Source: Octopus vulgaris
Taxonomy: Eukaryota
Direction of reading: 5' to 3'
NCBI GenBank assembly: GCA_951406725.2
Contig: OX597814.1
Location: forward strand, 169,322,001-169,386,000
DNA: 64,000 bases
Positions 52,327-64,000 of this stretch are shown here, piece by piece (position 1 is the first letter of the stretch; each line of letters opens with the position of its first letter). The notes below the pieces were generated by a model. That model did not search any database, had not been told where the DNA came from, and saw only the letters and a list, made by a program, of their open reading frames with translations. The translations under genes were made by a program, and so were the position numbers.

Positions 52327-53294
52327 TTATGTTTTCGTTTCTCATTGTGTTCAGCATTTTTTTTTTGATGTCCTGTACCCATATATGCATGTATATATAC
52401 ATATAGATGTAGGTATATACATATATGTATCTATATATATGCATATATCTATATATCATTTATATCATTATATGATCGAACACCACGCATCCTTTTCCAA
52501 GTAAGTTTTATCTTAATAATTATGATGCGCACTCTTCTTTACTATTTCTCCGGTCTATCTCTCTCCCTCTCTTGTTCTTCATCCTTTCTGTTTTTCTCTC
52601 CCACCCTTCTCTATTCTTCTCCTCTCCCCTTCACCGTTTCCTCTCTCTTACTCCTCCCCCCGACTCTCTCGTCACTGACACGTGATCAGAGGGAAGCCAT
52701 CTTTCCAACTGCTATCTTCACCAAGACCAGACCGTTTATCCTGTCTCTTATAATAAGCTGTCTCCTCAAGCATTCAGAATAATTTTTCCATCGTCTTGGC
52801 TTAACAGCCCTCATCATTTGTTTTTACCGTGTTATTCTCCTTGTCCTGTCTTTAACTGTTTTTACTTTTATTGTTTTTACTGTCTTGTTTTGTTCTTACT
52901 GTCCTGTTCTTGTTACCACTTTTACCCCTCCGCAAAAAATCCCAAATTTTATTTAATTTGCTTTGCGAGAAGGACTGTTTCAACGAAGTTACGTCTTGTC
53001 CTTACGTGAAGTAGATGAAACAGAGACAACTGAAGAAGGGGAATATTCCTTGTGTTGTATGTCTTGTACTCTGTTTTTTCGTTGTTTGAAAAAGTTTGTT
53101 TCCATGTTTTTGTTTTTATGTTTTCGTTTCTCATTGTGTTCAACGTTTTTTTGATGTCCTGTACCCATATATGCATGTATATATACATATATGTAGGTAT
53201 GTACGTATATGTCTGTATATATGGATATATTATATATTATTTATATTATTATATGATCAAATGCCACGCATCCTTTTCCAAGTAAGTTTTATCT
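52327..53294 (+). mobile_element. element bounded by ~180-bp direct repeats between (TA)n tracts (Penelope pLTR-like)
   Basis: copies 52327-52513 and 53116-53294; pyrimidine-rich non-coding interior. Confidence 0.6.
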
Positions 53295-54706
53295 ATATAT
53301 ATATATATGTGTGTGTGTGTACACACACACATGCACACATGCACACACACAAACACATACACACACACTCACACACACATATGTAATTTCTGAAGTAGCC
53401 TGCAGATTTTAACACTTCTACAGTTTAATATCTTATTGACTTTGTTTTCCTTCACTTCTGCTGCTAATATCTCTAGAAAAGACATGCTTGGTAATGCTTT
53501 TCCGGTCTTTCATCTTAGAAGAAGGATACATACTGTCATGTTAACCAGGTAGATTAAAATTGCCATAGAGATTTATCATAACTCATTGAAGTCTTTCCCT
53601 ATTTGAGTGTTAATTCTGCATCTCAATGGGTTATGAACTAATCACAACTTCCATACTTTTGATACTCTTACCAATGAAGAAACTGGTAAAATACTCTCTG
53701 AAGACATTGGAACATTTGATGAATGACTGAGTACTGACTGAAAAATATCTACACATAATAAATACCGTGTTAATGCGTATCTCATCTGAGTTTGCTTTCA
53801 GTAACTCTCATTGTCAGTACTGACTGATGAGAGGTAATCTGCAGAAGATAATTGCATTAGTCATCCATTGATGGATTTGGTGTTATTAAATTAGAAGAAG
53901 TCATAATTGATTCGTCTATCCAAAAACACCTCTGTAGATTTATTCCCCAAAATCATTAGTGGCAAAGTACCAGTGGCATTTCAAAGATTCTTAGTTCTTG
54001 ATAACCCACTTTACCGAACTTTAAATAGGCATCTGTGGAATATGTAGAATTCTCTATTAAGTAGATATTGCTTGCTTTTCAATTAGGTAGAAACACCTAC
54101 TGTGTTGGTGAATAAATAGATGGAACTGCTGTGTTGCCAGAAAAATGAAAATAAAATTAGGCATTGACTGCAGTGAACTTCCAAAATGAGGACATCTGGA
54201 ATAATGGAGGTCCTAAGTTAATGGAAATAGTAGCCAAATTTTCCTCAAATCACATTTTGTTATTGTGAAAAAAGAACGCATTAGATGATGTAGTTCAAGA
54301 TACATTATGTCCGAGGAAGCCATTGGCTACATAATGTCATTATTCTGGATGTCATTATAATAGGAGTGCTAACCTAACAGAAATAGCAGCTAAATTTCCC
54401 TCAAATCACATTCTATTATCGTGGAAACAGAAGACTACATTTGGTGATGTAGCCTAAGAGCTGTAGGTTATTTAAGTTCATCATCATCATCATCATCATC
54501 ATTTAACGTCCGCTTTCCATGCTAGCATGGGTTGGACGGTTCAACTGGGGTCTGGGGAGCCCGAAGGCTGCACCAGGCCAGTCAGATCTGGCAGTGTTTC
54601 TACAGCTGGATGCCCTTCCTAACGCCAACCACTCCGAGAGTGTAGTGGGTGATTTTATGTGCCACCGACACAGGTGCCAGACGAGGCTGGCGAACGGCCA
54701 CGCTCG

Positions 54707-56081
54707 GATGGTGTTTTTATGTGCCACCGACACAGGTGCCAGACGAGGCTGGCGAACGGCCACGATCGGATGGTGTTTCTTACGTGCCCACAGCACGGAG
54801 GCCAGTCGATGCGGTACTGGCTACGGCCACGTTCGGATGGTTTTCTTGTGTGCCACTGGCACTGGTACCACAAAGATACAAATTACATTGATGTTCATCT
54901 ATTTTGATTTGATTTGATTTGATTTTCACTTGCCTCAACAGGTCTTCACAAGTGTCACAAGAAGGAAGGAAGGTATGCACAGGTGAACTGACAACGTCCC
55001 AGGTAGGGGCCACGGGTTATGGCCTGACTAGTCTTGCCGGGTCTTCGGATGATGTTTTTATGTGTCTCCGACACAGGTGCCAGATGGATGGTGTTTGTTA
55101 CGTGCCCACAGCACGGAGGCCAGTCGATGCGGTACTGGCTACGGCCACGTTCGGATGGTTTTCTTGTGTGCCACCGGCACTGGTACCATAAAGATACAAA
55201 TTCCATTGATGTTCATCTATTTTATTTTGATTTTCACTTTCACTTGCCTCAACAGGTCTTCACAAGTGTCACAAGAAGGAAGGTATGCACAGGTGGACTG
55301 ACTACGTCCCAGGTTGGGGCCACGGATTATGGCCTGACTAGTCTTGCCGGGTCTTCGGATGGTGTTTTTATGTGCCACCGACACAGGTGCCTAGTCTTGC
55401 CGGGTCTTCGGATGGTGTTTTTATGTGCCACCGACACAGGTGCCGGATGAGGCTGGCGAACGGCCACGATCGGATGGTGTTTGTTACGTGCCCACAGCAC
55501 GGAGGCCAGTCGATGCAGTACTGGCTACGGCCACGTTCGGATGGTTTTCTTGTGTGCCACCGGCACTGGTACCACAAAGATACAAATTCCATTGATATTC
55601 ATCTATTTCGATTTGTTTTGATTTTTTTGATTTTCACTTGCCTCAACAGGTCTTCACAAGTGTCACAAGAAGGGAGGTATGCACAGGTGAACTGACTACG
55701 TCCCAGGTAGGGGCCACGGGTTATGGCCTGACTAGTCTTGCCGGGTCTTCGGATGGTGTCTTTATGTGCCACCGACACAGGTGCCAGATGAGGCTGGCGA
55801 ACGGCCACGATCGGATGGTGTTTGCTATGTGCCCACAGCACGGAGGCCAGTCGATGCGGTACTGGCTACGGCCACGTTCGGATGGTTTTCTTGTGTGCCA
55901 CCGGCACTGGTAACAAAGATACAAATTCCATTGATGATCATCTATTTTATTTTGATTTTCACTTTCACTTGCCTCAACAGGTCTTCACAAGTGTCACACG
56001 AAGGAAGGTATGCACAGGTGGACTGACTACGTCCCAGGTAGGGGCCACGGGTTATGGCCTGACTACTCTTGCCGGGTCTTC
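54707..56081 (-). repeat. four ~310-395-bp tandem units (ORF end + proximal 3' UTR) built from ~62-67-bp subrepeats
   Basis: unit end GCCGGGTCTTC at ~55036, 55346, 55740, 56071; extra ~53-bp slip at ~55399. Confidence 0.92.
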
Positions 56082-57923
56082 TCATGCACAGCATACTTCC
56101 ATAGGTCTCGGTCTCTAGTCATTTCCTTGGTGAGACCTAAAGTTCGAAGGTCGTGCTTCACCACCTCGTCCCAGGTTTTCCTGGGTCTACCTCTTCCACA
56201 GGTTCCCTCAACTGCTAGTGTGTAGCACTTTTGCACACAACTATCTACAGCCATTCTCATCACATGACCATACCAGCGCAGCCGTCTCTCTTGCACACCA
56301 CAATTGACGCTTCTTAGGTTCAACTTTTCTCTCAAGGTACTTACACTCTGACGATTATGAACACTGACATTACACATCCATCGGAGCATACTGGCTTCAT
56401 TTCTTGCAAACTTACGCATATCCTCAGCAGTCACGGCCCATGTTTCACTACCATGTAGCATGGCTGTACGTACACATGCATCATACAGTCTGCCTTTTAC
56501 TCTGAGCGAGAGGCCTTTTGTCACCAGCAGGGGTAAGAGCTCTCTAAACTTTGCCCAAGCTATTCTTACTCTAGCAGTTACACTTTCAGCACACCCACCC
56601 CCGCTACTGACTTGGTCTCCTAGGTAGCGGAAGCTATCAACTACTTCTAGTTTGTCTCCCTGGAACGTGGTAGAAGTTGGTCTCTGCACATTTCCAGTGT
56701 TTATTGCTCCTGAGCATCTGCCACAGACAAAAACTATTTTCCTAGTTAGCCTTCCTTTGACATTGCTGAACCTCTTATGTGTCCATAGCTTACACTTGGT
56801 GCACCTTATAGAGTTTCTACCTACACCTTTTTTACAGATCGAGCAGGGCCATCTACCTGAAGTCGTTTGTGATTGGTCCACCTTCCTACTTATTAGGACT
56901 TTGGTTTTGGCTAGGTTGATTCTAAGGCCCTTCGATTCTAATCCTTGTTTCCACACCTGAAACTTCTCCTCCAGTTCTGATAGTGACTCAGTAATTAGAG
57001 CAAGGTCGTCAGCATAGAGGAGCTCCCAGGGGCATCCTGTCTTGAATTCCTCCGTTATTGCCTGGAGGACTATGATAAATAGGAGGGGACTGAGGACTGA
57101 ACCTTGGTGGACCCCAACCTCTACCCGGAATTCTTCACTGTACTCGTTGCCAACCCTCACCTTACTAGCAGCGTCTCTGTACATGGCTTGCACAGCTCTC
57201 ACTAACCATTCATCTATCCCTAGTTTTCTCATTGACCACCAGATAAGGGATCGGGGGACCCTGTCAAAGGCTTTCTCCAAGTCAACAAAAGCCAGGTACA
57301 AGGGCTTGTCTTTGGCTAGGTATTTCTCCTGCAGCTGTCTTACCAGGAATATAGCATCAGTAGTACTTTTCCCTGGCACGAACCCAAACTGCATATCATC
57401 TAAGCTAACACTCTCTCTAATTAGTTGGGCTATAACCCTCTCCGTAACCTTCATTACCTGATCCAGCAGCTTGATGCCTCTGTAGTTATTTGTATCTAGG
57501 GCGTCGCCTTTACCTTTGTAGCAGTTGACTATTATGCTGCTACACCAGTCATTGGGTATGACTCCCTCGTGTATCACCTGGTTAACTATACGGGTGACTA
57601 AGCTATAGCCGACACCACCAGATATTTTGAGCATCTCTGCAGTAATTCCTGATGGGCCTGGGGCTTTCCCTGTTTTCATGCTTCTAATTGCCTTATCTAC
57701 TAAGGAACTGTTAACTCGGATTGCTGGTCCCTCTGTTGGGTCGACATTCGGCAGACTCTCTTTATCCCATTCATTTTCTTCATTCAGCAACCTTTCATAG
57801 TGGCGTCTCCAAGCCTCTCTCTTTGCATCCTCATTTAGTGCAAGTGAACCGTCATCCTTGCGAACACACTTCTCTCCTACCACGTCACAGTTCTCTCTCA
57901 CACACTGTCTTGCAACACGAAAT
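56063..57923 (-). CDS. RTE-clade reverse transcriptase, N-terminally truncated (no endonuclease), with PHD-like finger
   Basis: KAPGP, NYRGI.LL, QFGF..GKSTTDAIF, FVDLEKAFDRV, GVHQGSVLSPLLF, YADD (57005-57016), FRYLG, RLRWYGHV, RGRPRKTW; the first ~24 aa of the track ORF (57924-57994) are flanking DNA. Confidence 0.95.
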
Positions 57924-58442
57924 GAAGAATAAAAATATTCTGCTGATCTGAATAAAGAAATTTTTGCTGGAACATGGGGCAGGTCAAGTGACAACTAGGC
58001 TTACATAAGGATAATGATGGTATTGTAGTTGATGGTGGTGGTGGTGGTGGTGTGATGGTGGTGAAAGCGATGAGGATGATAATGATGATGATGTCATCAT
58101 GGCCAATGCCAGTGTCACATAGCAAGCACCCATGCCAATGGCATGTAAAAAGCACCCTTTGAACATGGGGCCTCACAGAAGCAATGGTAAGTGACTGAGA
58201 TGACCAAGACCTTTTGTGAAATGCTGTACTTGAGAAGCCTTGTCAAGCCAAGTGAAAGCTTAGTTGTGGCCAATGCCAGTGTCACATAACTGGCACCCAT
58301 GTGGTGGTATGTAAAAAGCACCCATTACACTCTTGGAGTGGTTGGCATTAGGAAAGGCATCCAGCCTTTGAAACCATGCCAAATCAGACTAGAACCTGGT
58401 GTAGTCCTACAGCTTACTAGTTTCAGTCAAACCGTCCAACCC

Positions 58443-58760
58443 ATGATGATGATGATGATGAGAATGAGGATGATAAAGATGATTCTGTTGATAATGACAA
58501 TGATCATGATGATGAGGAGGATGAGGATGAGGATGCTGCTGTTACTGCTGACGATGATGATGATGCTGATGATGATAACGATGACAATGATGGTGATGAT
58601 GATGATGAGAATGAGGATGATAAAGATGATTCTGTTGATATTGACAATGATCATGATGAAGAGGAGGATGAAGATGCTGCTGCTACTGCTGACGATGATG
58701 ATGATGATGCTAATACTGATGCTGCTGATGATGATGACGACAATGATGGTGATGGTGATA
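58443..58760. repeat. duplicated ~150-bp degenerate (GAT)n block continuing an RTE tail
   Basis: GAGAATGAGGATGATAAAGATGATTCTGTTGATA at ~58459 and ~58606. Confidence 0.9.
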
Positions 58761-59400
58761 TGATGAATAGACTGCTGATACAGTTGCTGATAGTGATGAT
58801 GTTGATGATGTCTTATCATCATTTTGCTTTAAAACAAAACTCCATCAATCTACCTTAGAATGTGTGTACCTTTGAGGTTTATTTTTTTTATATACATATT
58901 TTGGGGTCAGAAGGAAGAGAACATTTTGCTTTTTCCAATTTAATTTTTAAAAAAACTTATTTTCTTTTTTAAAAACGATAACCGAAAAAAAAAAAGAAAT
59001 TATTTAAAATAAAGTTATTTAAAACTAAAACTGCTTTCTTTCACTTTTTATATTTTAGTTATGATATTTTTGCATAACAATATATTTGTTTGGTTATTGA
59101 TGAAGCTACTATTGATTTGTGAAAACTCACCTAAGGAAACTGACTGCATCAGAACCTTAGCAGACAGTTCCATGGCATTATTCACCATTTGTTTTGTAGC
59201 AGGTAAAAATAAATCAATTATCTCCAAGTATTTGCTACCCCTGTCTCACCCCTTACTCGTTTCCATTGTAATTCAGACATGTTTGGATGTATAACTAGTT
59301 TCTGTGTAAAAATGAGCGCATGCCTGTGTATAGATGTGTTTATATGATGTGCATATGTTTGTGTGTGTATGTGTGTTTGTGTGTGTGTGTGTGTATGTGT

Positions 59401-59467
<67 letters not shown>

Positions 59468-60952
59468 ATCAGATTTCTCATGAATATTAGATGCTTGTAT
59501 AATTCTGATCTGTTTGAATGTATTGCCTCCTTTTCTGTGTAGGATGTGTATATGTGCCTGTACTCTGTGTGTGTATGTGTATGTTTGTGTTTGTGTTTTT
59601 GTTTTTATGTGTGTGTGTGTGTGTGTTGTTTTGAGCCTTTGTGAATGTATGCAATCCTGCATGTTCATGTTTGTGTAAATATATATTGAAACACAAGTGC
59701 TCACATATGAACATACTCTCCTACATACATACATGCATACACACTCTCTTGCATACATACATACACATGTATGTCTGTACTGATTTTGTCATTCTCTCTG
59801 TTTCTGTCATACCTTTTCCAAACACATGCATACACAAACACACACACACACATGCAAACATACATTTGCGGCTTTTCTCTATGTATCCAGCTTGTTCATG
59901 ATTTTGTATGGAGCTGCAATCTTTGTACAGCTCAGATACACAGGGGGAAGACACATTCTTATATTGCAGCTTGCTGTCTATGGTTACAAACCAGAACCTC
60001 AGATTGTTTTATAAAACAAGGTCCAGTCCTTGTTGTGGTGTGGTAGCTTCTGTGCCACAATGATTCTAAGAGCAATGCCAATGGAGCACAAACACCTGGT
60101 AGGGTCTCCCATAACATATAACATCGCCCTTTTCAAGCCTAGCCAGACTCGTGGGCCCGGTTTCCCGGTTTCTATGGCATACGTGTTCCCCCCAGCTGGA
60201 CGGAATGCCAGTCCATCACAGCATTACTCAAGAAACAGGAAGAGAGAGTGAGAGAAAGTTGTGGCGAAAGAGTACAGCAGAGAGGTATAGCTCCTTTTCC
60301 CAGGTGTGTAATATATGAATAGTTATGATGATGAGGGTTCCAGTTAATTAGATCAATGGAACAGCCTGCTCATGAAATTAATGCGCTCCATAGATATGCG
60401 TGCCCTTAATGTAGTTTTCAGTGAGATTCAGCATGAAATACAGGCACTACTCATTTTTATCAGCCCAGTGGACTGGAGCAACATGAAATAAAGTGTCTTG
60501 CTCAAGGGCATAACACGCTACTGCGCATCAACCCTCATGACCTTATGACTGTAAGCTGAATGCCCTAACCACTAAACCAAGCACCTAACAGTGTAGTTAC
60601 CTGTAGAGAGGTATAGCTTCTCTTCACAGATGTATAATAAATCATATACGAAGGAGTGTCTAGCAGTTCCTGGCTTTAAGGGTATCATGAAAGGCTTAGT
60701 TGGAGGCCCAACCTTCTGAGTTCTTTTACAGGGATTAGAAAAACTGAAGGGCTGTTGCAATGTCTGTGAATCTGAGAGAAGAATATGTTGAATAAAATCA
60801 TAATTAACTGATCCTCTTGTATTTTCTTTTAACCAAAGCCAGGAACTTTTCAGCACACTCTTGTATGAATAGTAAGAACTGAAGTAAGCCATGTATTCAA
60901 CCTTGTAAGACTGATGCCTTTTTGGATGACTGATAGGAAGATTGATCTAAAA

Positions 60953-61654
60953 CAGTGCTTTGCAACCATTTTTTGCCTATGAATCCTTTTGATTCTTACT
61001 TTACTCGACTGGACCTCTATAGCCATTTGATGCATATAAAAAAAACAAAAAATATTTTTCATCATCATTTAGTGTCTGTTTTCCATGCTGACATGAGTTA
61101 GATGGATTGACTGGAACTGGTAAGCCAGAGAGCTTGCACAAGGTTCTAGTCTGATTTGGCTTGGTTTCTATGGCTGGATGCCATTTCTAACTCCAACCAC
61201 TCCAAGAGTGTAAGGGTGCTTATTACGTGCCACCAACATGGGTGCCATTTACTTGTCACTGGCAATGACCATGATTAAGGTTTCACTTGGCTTGATGATT
61301 TTTCTCAAGCACAGCATTTTGCCGAAGGTCTCAGTTACTTGTCATCGCCTTCATGAAGCCCAACATTCATAGATCGTTTCACCATGAGGCCCAGTATTTG
61401 AAGATATCACTACCAGCAACAACCATGATTATGATTTCACAGGTGCCATTTATATGACTCTGGCAACAGCCATAACTAATTTTATAATTAAATATTATTA
61501 GAAATTGTATAAAAAGTTCTTTTTAATATTTTGTATATGGTAGCAGTATAAGCAATTTATTGCACATAAGTTTTAACAACAAAATCTTATAAGGAACCCC
61601 AAGGGTCATATAAGGACCCCTAAGGGTCATATGGACCCTGCTTGAGGAACACTG
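60953..61654. mobile_element. hAT-Charlie-like MITE with nested RTE tail
   Basis: CAGTGCTTTGCAACC ... TTGAGGAACACTG; 8-bp TSD ATCTAAAA/CTCTAAAA; related ends at ~43202, ~49790, ~62500. Confidence 0.7.
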
Positions 61655-61689
61655 CTCTAAAATGATACCTTTGATAGATTTTACAATCG

Positions 61690-61900
61690 CTTTAGTAGTT
61701 TCCAGAGTATCTCTTTGGATTTCAGAGTTCTTTTGAACCATACTTTGCTAGAAGTGATACATACTCTTCTAGGACTGTGACACATACTTTATAACTATCA
61801 CAGTAAAAATACCTGTTGTGCTGTGATTTGGTCCGAATCCAAATTGTCTTTTAGAAATATCTAGGTTTTCTTCAATCAGTAACTTTATTGTTGTTTCTTG
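61690..61900 (-). pseudogene. highly decayed LINE RT fragment
   Basis: KLLIEENLDISKRQFGFGPNHSTTGIF resembles the QFGF..STT.AIF RT motif. Confidence 0.55.
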
Positions 61901-62910
61901 ACTGTTGATTTCATTACTTTGATGTTGAGTGATGATCAGTATTTTGGTGGCTCAGTTCTAGAATTCGTCTTGCCTAGAGGTTTTATAAAACAAGGTCCAG
62001 TCCTTGTGGTGTGGTAGCTTGTGTGCCACAATAATTCTAAGAGCAATGCCAATGGAGCACAAACACCTGGTAGGGTCTCCCATAACATATAACGTTGCCC
62101 TTTTCAAGCCTAACCAGGCTCATGATCCTGGTTTCCCAGTTTCTGTGGCATATGCGTTCCTCCCAGCTGGACAGGATACCAGTCCATCACAGCATTATTC
62201 AAGAAACAGGAGGAGAGAGTGAGAGAAAGTGGTGGCGAAAGAGTACAACAGGGGTCACCACCACCCCCTGCTGGAACCTCGTGGAGCTTTTAGGTGTTTT
62301 CACTCAGTAAATACACACAACGCCTGGTCTGGGAATTGAAACCGCGATCCTCCGACCGCAAGTCTGCTGCCCTAACCACTGGGCCATTGCGCCTCCACAT
62401 ACTGGAGTAAAACAGTAAAAAGAGTAAGAGTAATCCCTAAAATACTACCATGGGCCCAAAAACGTTTTATATGAACCTCCCCAGGGTTCATATGGACCCA
62501 GTTGAGAACCACTAGCTTAAGTGTAAAATAAATATTATAAGTGAGGTTTTCAACTTATTTAGAATAATACTGCAAATAAATCAAAAATTGAAATAGGGAA
62601 AACTAGGAGCAGTTTGCTCCATAGTGTTCCTTCACAATTTTGATTAAAATCTGGAAGATTTTTTGCAGTTTGAATTCCTGTTTTCAATTTCAATCTTAAT
62701 GATATTTTCAGTTTTCAAGATGATGTTCCATAGCATTGTGTCAGATTGTCAGATGTTTTGTGGTTGGCTGTCAGCTTTCCATATTTGATACTGGCAAAAC
62801 ACATTGACTTCACCATTTGTTGTCAAATGTGCAGTTGTGTAGTGTTTCTTGATGAGGACATGAATGTGGTCTGTTGTGCCAGAGAAAGGAGAGAGAGGGA
62901 GGAAGAGCAA

Positions 62911-62924
62911 GAGATAGATAGATG

Positions 62925-62991
<67 letters not shown>

Positions 62992-63190
62992 GGATAGATA
63001 GATGGATGGATGGATGGATGGATGGATGGATGGATGGATGGATGGATGGATGGATGGATGGATGGATGGATGGATGGATGGATGGATGGATGGATGGATG
63101 GATGGATGGATGGATGGATGGATGGATAGGTAGGTAGGTAGGTAAGTAGGTAGGTAGGTAGATAGATAGATAGATAGATAGATAGATATA
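62911..63190. repeat. compound (GATA)n(GGAT)n(GGTA)n(GATA)n microsatellite
   Basis: directly visible. Confidence 0.97.
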
Positions 63191-63926
63191 GTGTGACTGA
63201 TTGGGGGAGTTTACAAGGCTCTACAATTCTTGTTAATATTGTTGCTTCTTAAGATGATGAGCTGGCAGAATTGTTGACCCACCAGACAAAATGCTAAGGG
63301 TCATTTTGTTTGCCTATACATTCTAAGTTCAAATTCTATGGTCGACTTTGCCTTTCATCTTTTCGAGGTTGATAAAATGAGCACTAGTTAAGTATTGGGG
63401 CTGATGTAATCAACTAGGCCCTTTCCCTGAAATTGATGGCCTTATGCCAAAATTTGAAATCAATATTGTTGCCTCTGAATTGTTATTGCACCAGGCAAAA
63501 TGCTTAGTGGTATTTCGTCTGTCTTTATACTTTGAGTTCAAATTCTGCCAAGGTCGACTTTATCAGTTGAACACTGAAATTTTTGGCCTTTTGCCAAAAT
63601 TTGAAACCAATATTGTTGCTTCTTGATTATTTCATTCACTTAGTTTTCATCGTGCTTTGTTTCCACCTAATTCTCTGCCACAATGTATTATGGATTTGCT
63701 GAAGAAGAAATATTTGTTCTTTGAAGTAATACACTTCTTTAACTGAAAGAGTTTCATTCCAGTGACTGGTCTGTATTTGTCTTTGAACCAAGCTTTATAA
63801 GTGGATTTTTTTCACCGTTGACTTTGTTTGCAATGCAAATGTGCATAATTTTGTAAACAATTTCTCTAACTAAAATCCAGATTTTCCTATGATGTTTCTT
63901 TTAAATAATACTTATACACTCTCACA

Positions 63927-64000
63927 TGTATGTATGTATGTATGTATGTATGTATGTATGTATGTATGTATGTATGTATGTATGTATGTATGTATGTATG
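63927..64000. repeat. (GTAT)n microsatellite, runs off the window
   Basis: directly visible. Confidence 0.97.

Larger units (their letters stand above)
54478..57923 (-). mobile_element. young 5'-truncated RTE-clade LINE with tandemly amplified 3' UTR and (GAT)n tail
   Basis: intact ORF plus 3' UTR ending AGGAAGGGCATCCAGCTGTAGAAAC..GGACGTTAAATGATGATG. Confidence 0.95.
60006..62250 (+). repeat. ~275-bp direct repeat pair (60006-60280, 61980-62250): RTE-5'UTR-like motif + inverted family C SINE
   Basis: shared flank GTTTTATAAAACAAGGTCCAGTCCTTGT..CCTGGTAGGGTCTCCCA and same SINE junction. Confidence 0.85.

Noticed and set aside
52966-53052. CTGTTTC..GAAACAG and CTGAAGA as a hammerhead
   Set aside because: Boxes are not in an order or pairing that gives a complete core.
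53805-53833. CTCTCAT-TGTCAGTACTGAC-TG-ATGAGAG palindrome containing CTGATGA
   Set aside because: Short hairpin without GAAA or stem III; compatible with chance.
54650-56081. CRISPR-like or hammerhead array
   Set aside because: Units are whole tandem copies of the RTE 3' UTR; CAGATGAG..CGAAC does not match the CUGAnGA/GAAA core.
57924-57994. N-terminus and start codon of the 643-aa ORF
   Set aside because: RTE similarity stops at ~57923; the upstream open frame is flanking DNA, so this is a truncated copy rather than a full gene.
58299-58822. Asp-rich (Aspein-like) or Met-rich protein ORF
   Set aside because: Degenerate duplicated (GAT)n continuing directly from an RTE tail; no signal peptide or splice context.

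Overview
AT-rich, repeat-dominated animal genomic DNA. The SINE/RTE repertoire and the dense (TA)n/(GT)n/(GAT)n/(GATA)n microsatellites look like an octopus (coleoid cephalopod) genome; this is inferred from family resemblance, not from a search. No complete host protein-coding gene, rRNA, true tRNA or CRISPR array is supportable, and almost all ORFs in the track are microsatellite or SINE artefacts. The only long intact ORF (56063-~57923, minus) is a young, 5'-truncated RTE-clade LINE reverse transcriptase. It has an embedded PHD-like finger and a 3' UTR amplified into a 4-unit ABAB array. Also present: decayed LINEs (RTE, BovB-like RTE, Tx1/L1), a rosa/DD41D-like Tc1/mariner transposase relic, three tRNA-headed SINE families, MITEs (mariner, Tigger, TTAA/piggyBac-like, hAT-Charlie-like, GG..CC with 8-bp TSD), a Helitron and a Helentron-type element, several long fold-back hairpins, and a few candidate spliced exons. 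The most interesting signal is a set of short, mostly (TA)n-associated elements carrying type I hammerhead-ribozyme motifs with Penelope-like inverted or partial-tandem architecture. One of them fuses a tRNA-derived Pol III head to a hammerhead (28171-28490). Coordinates of degenerate repeats are approximate.
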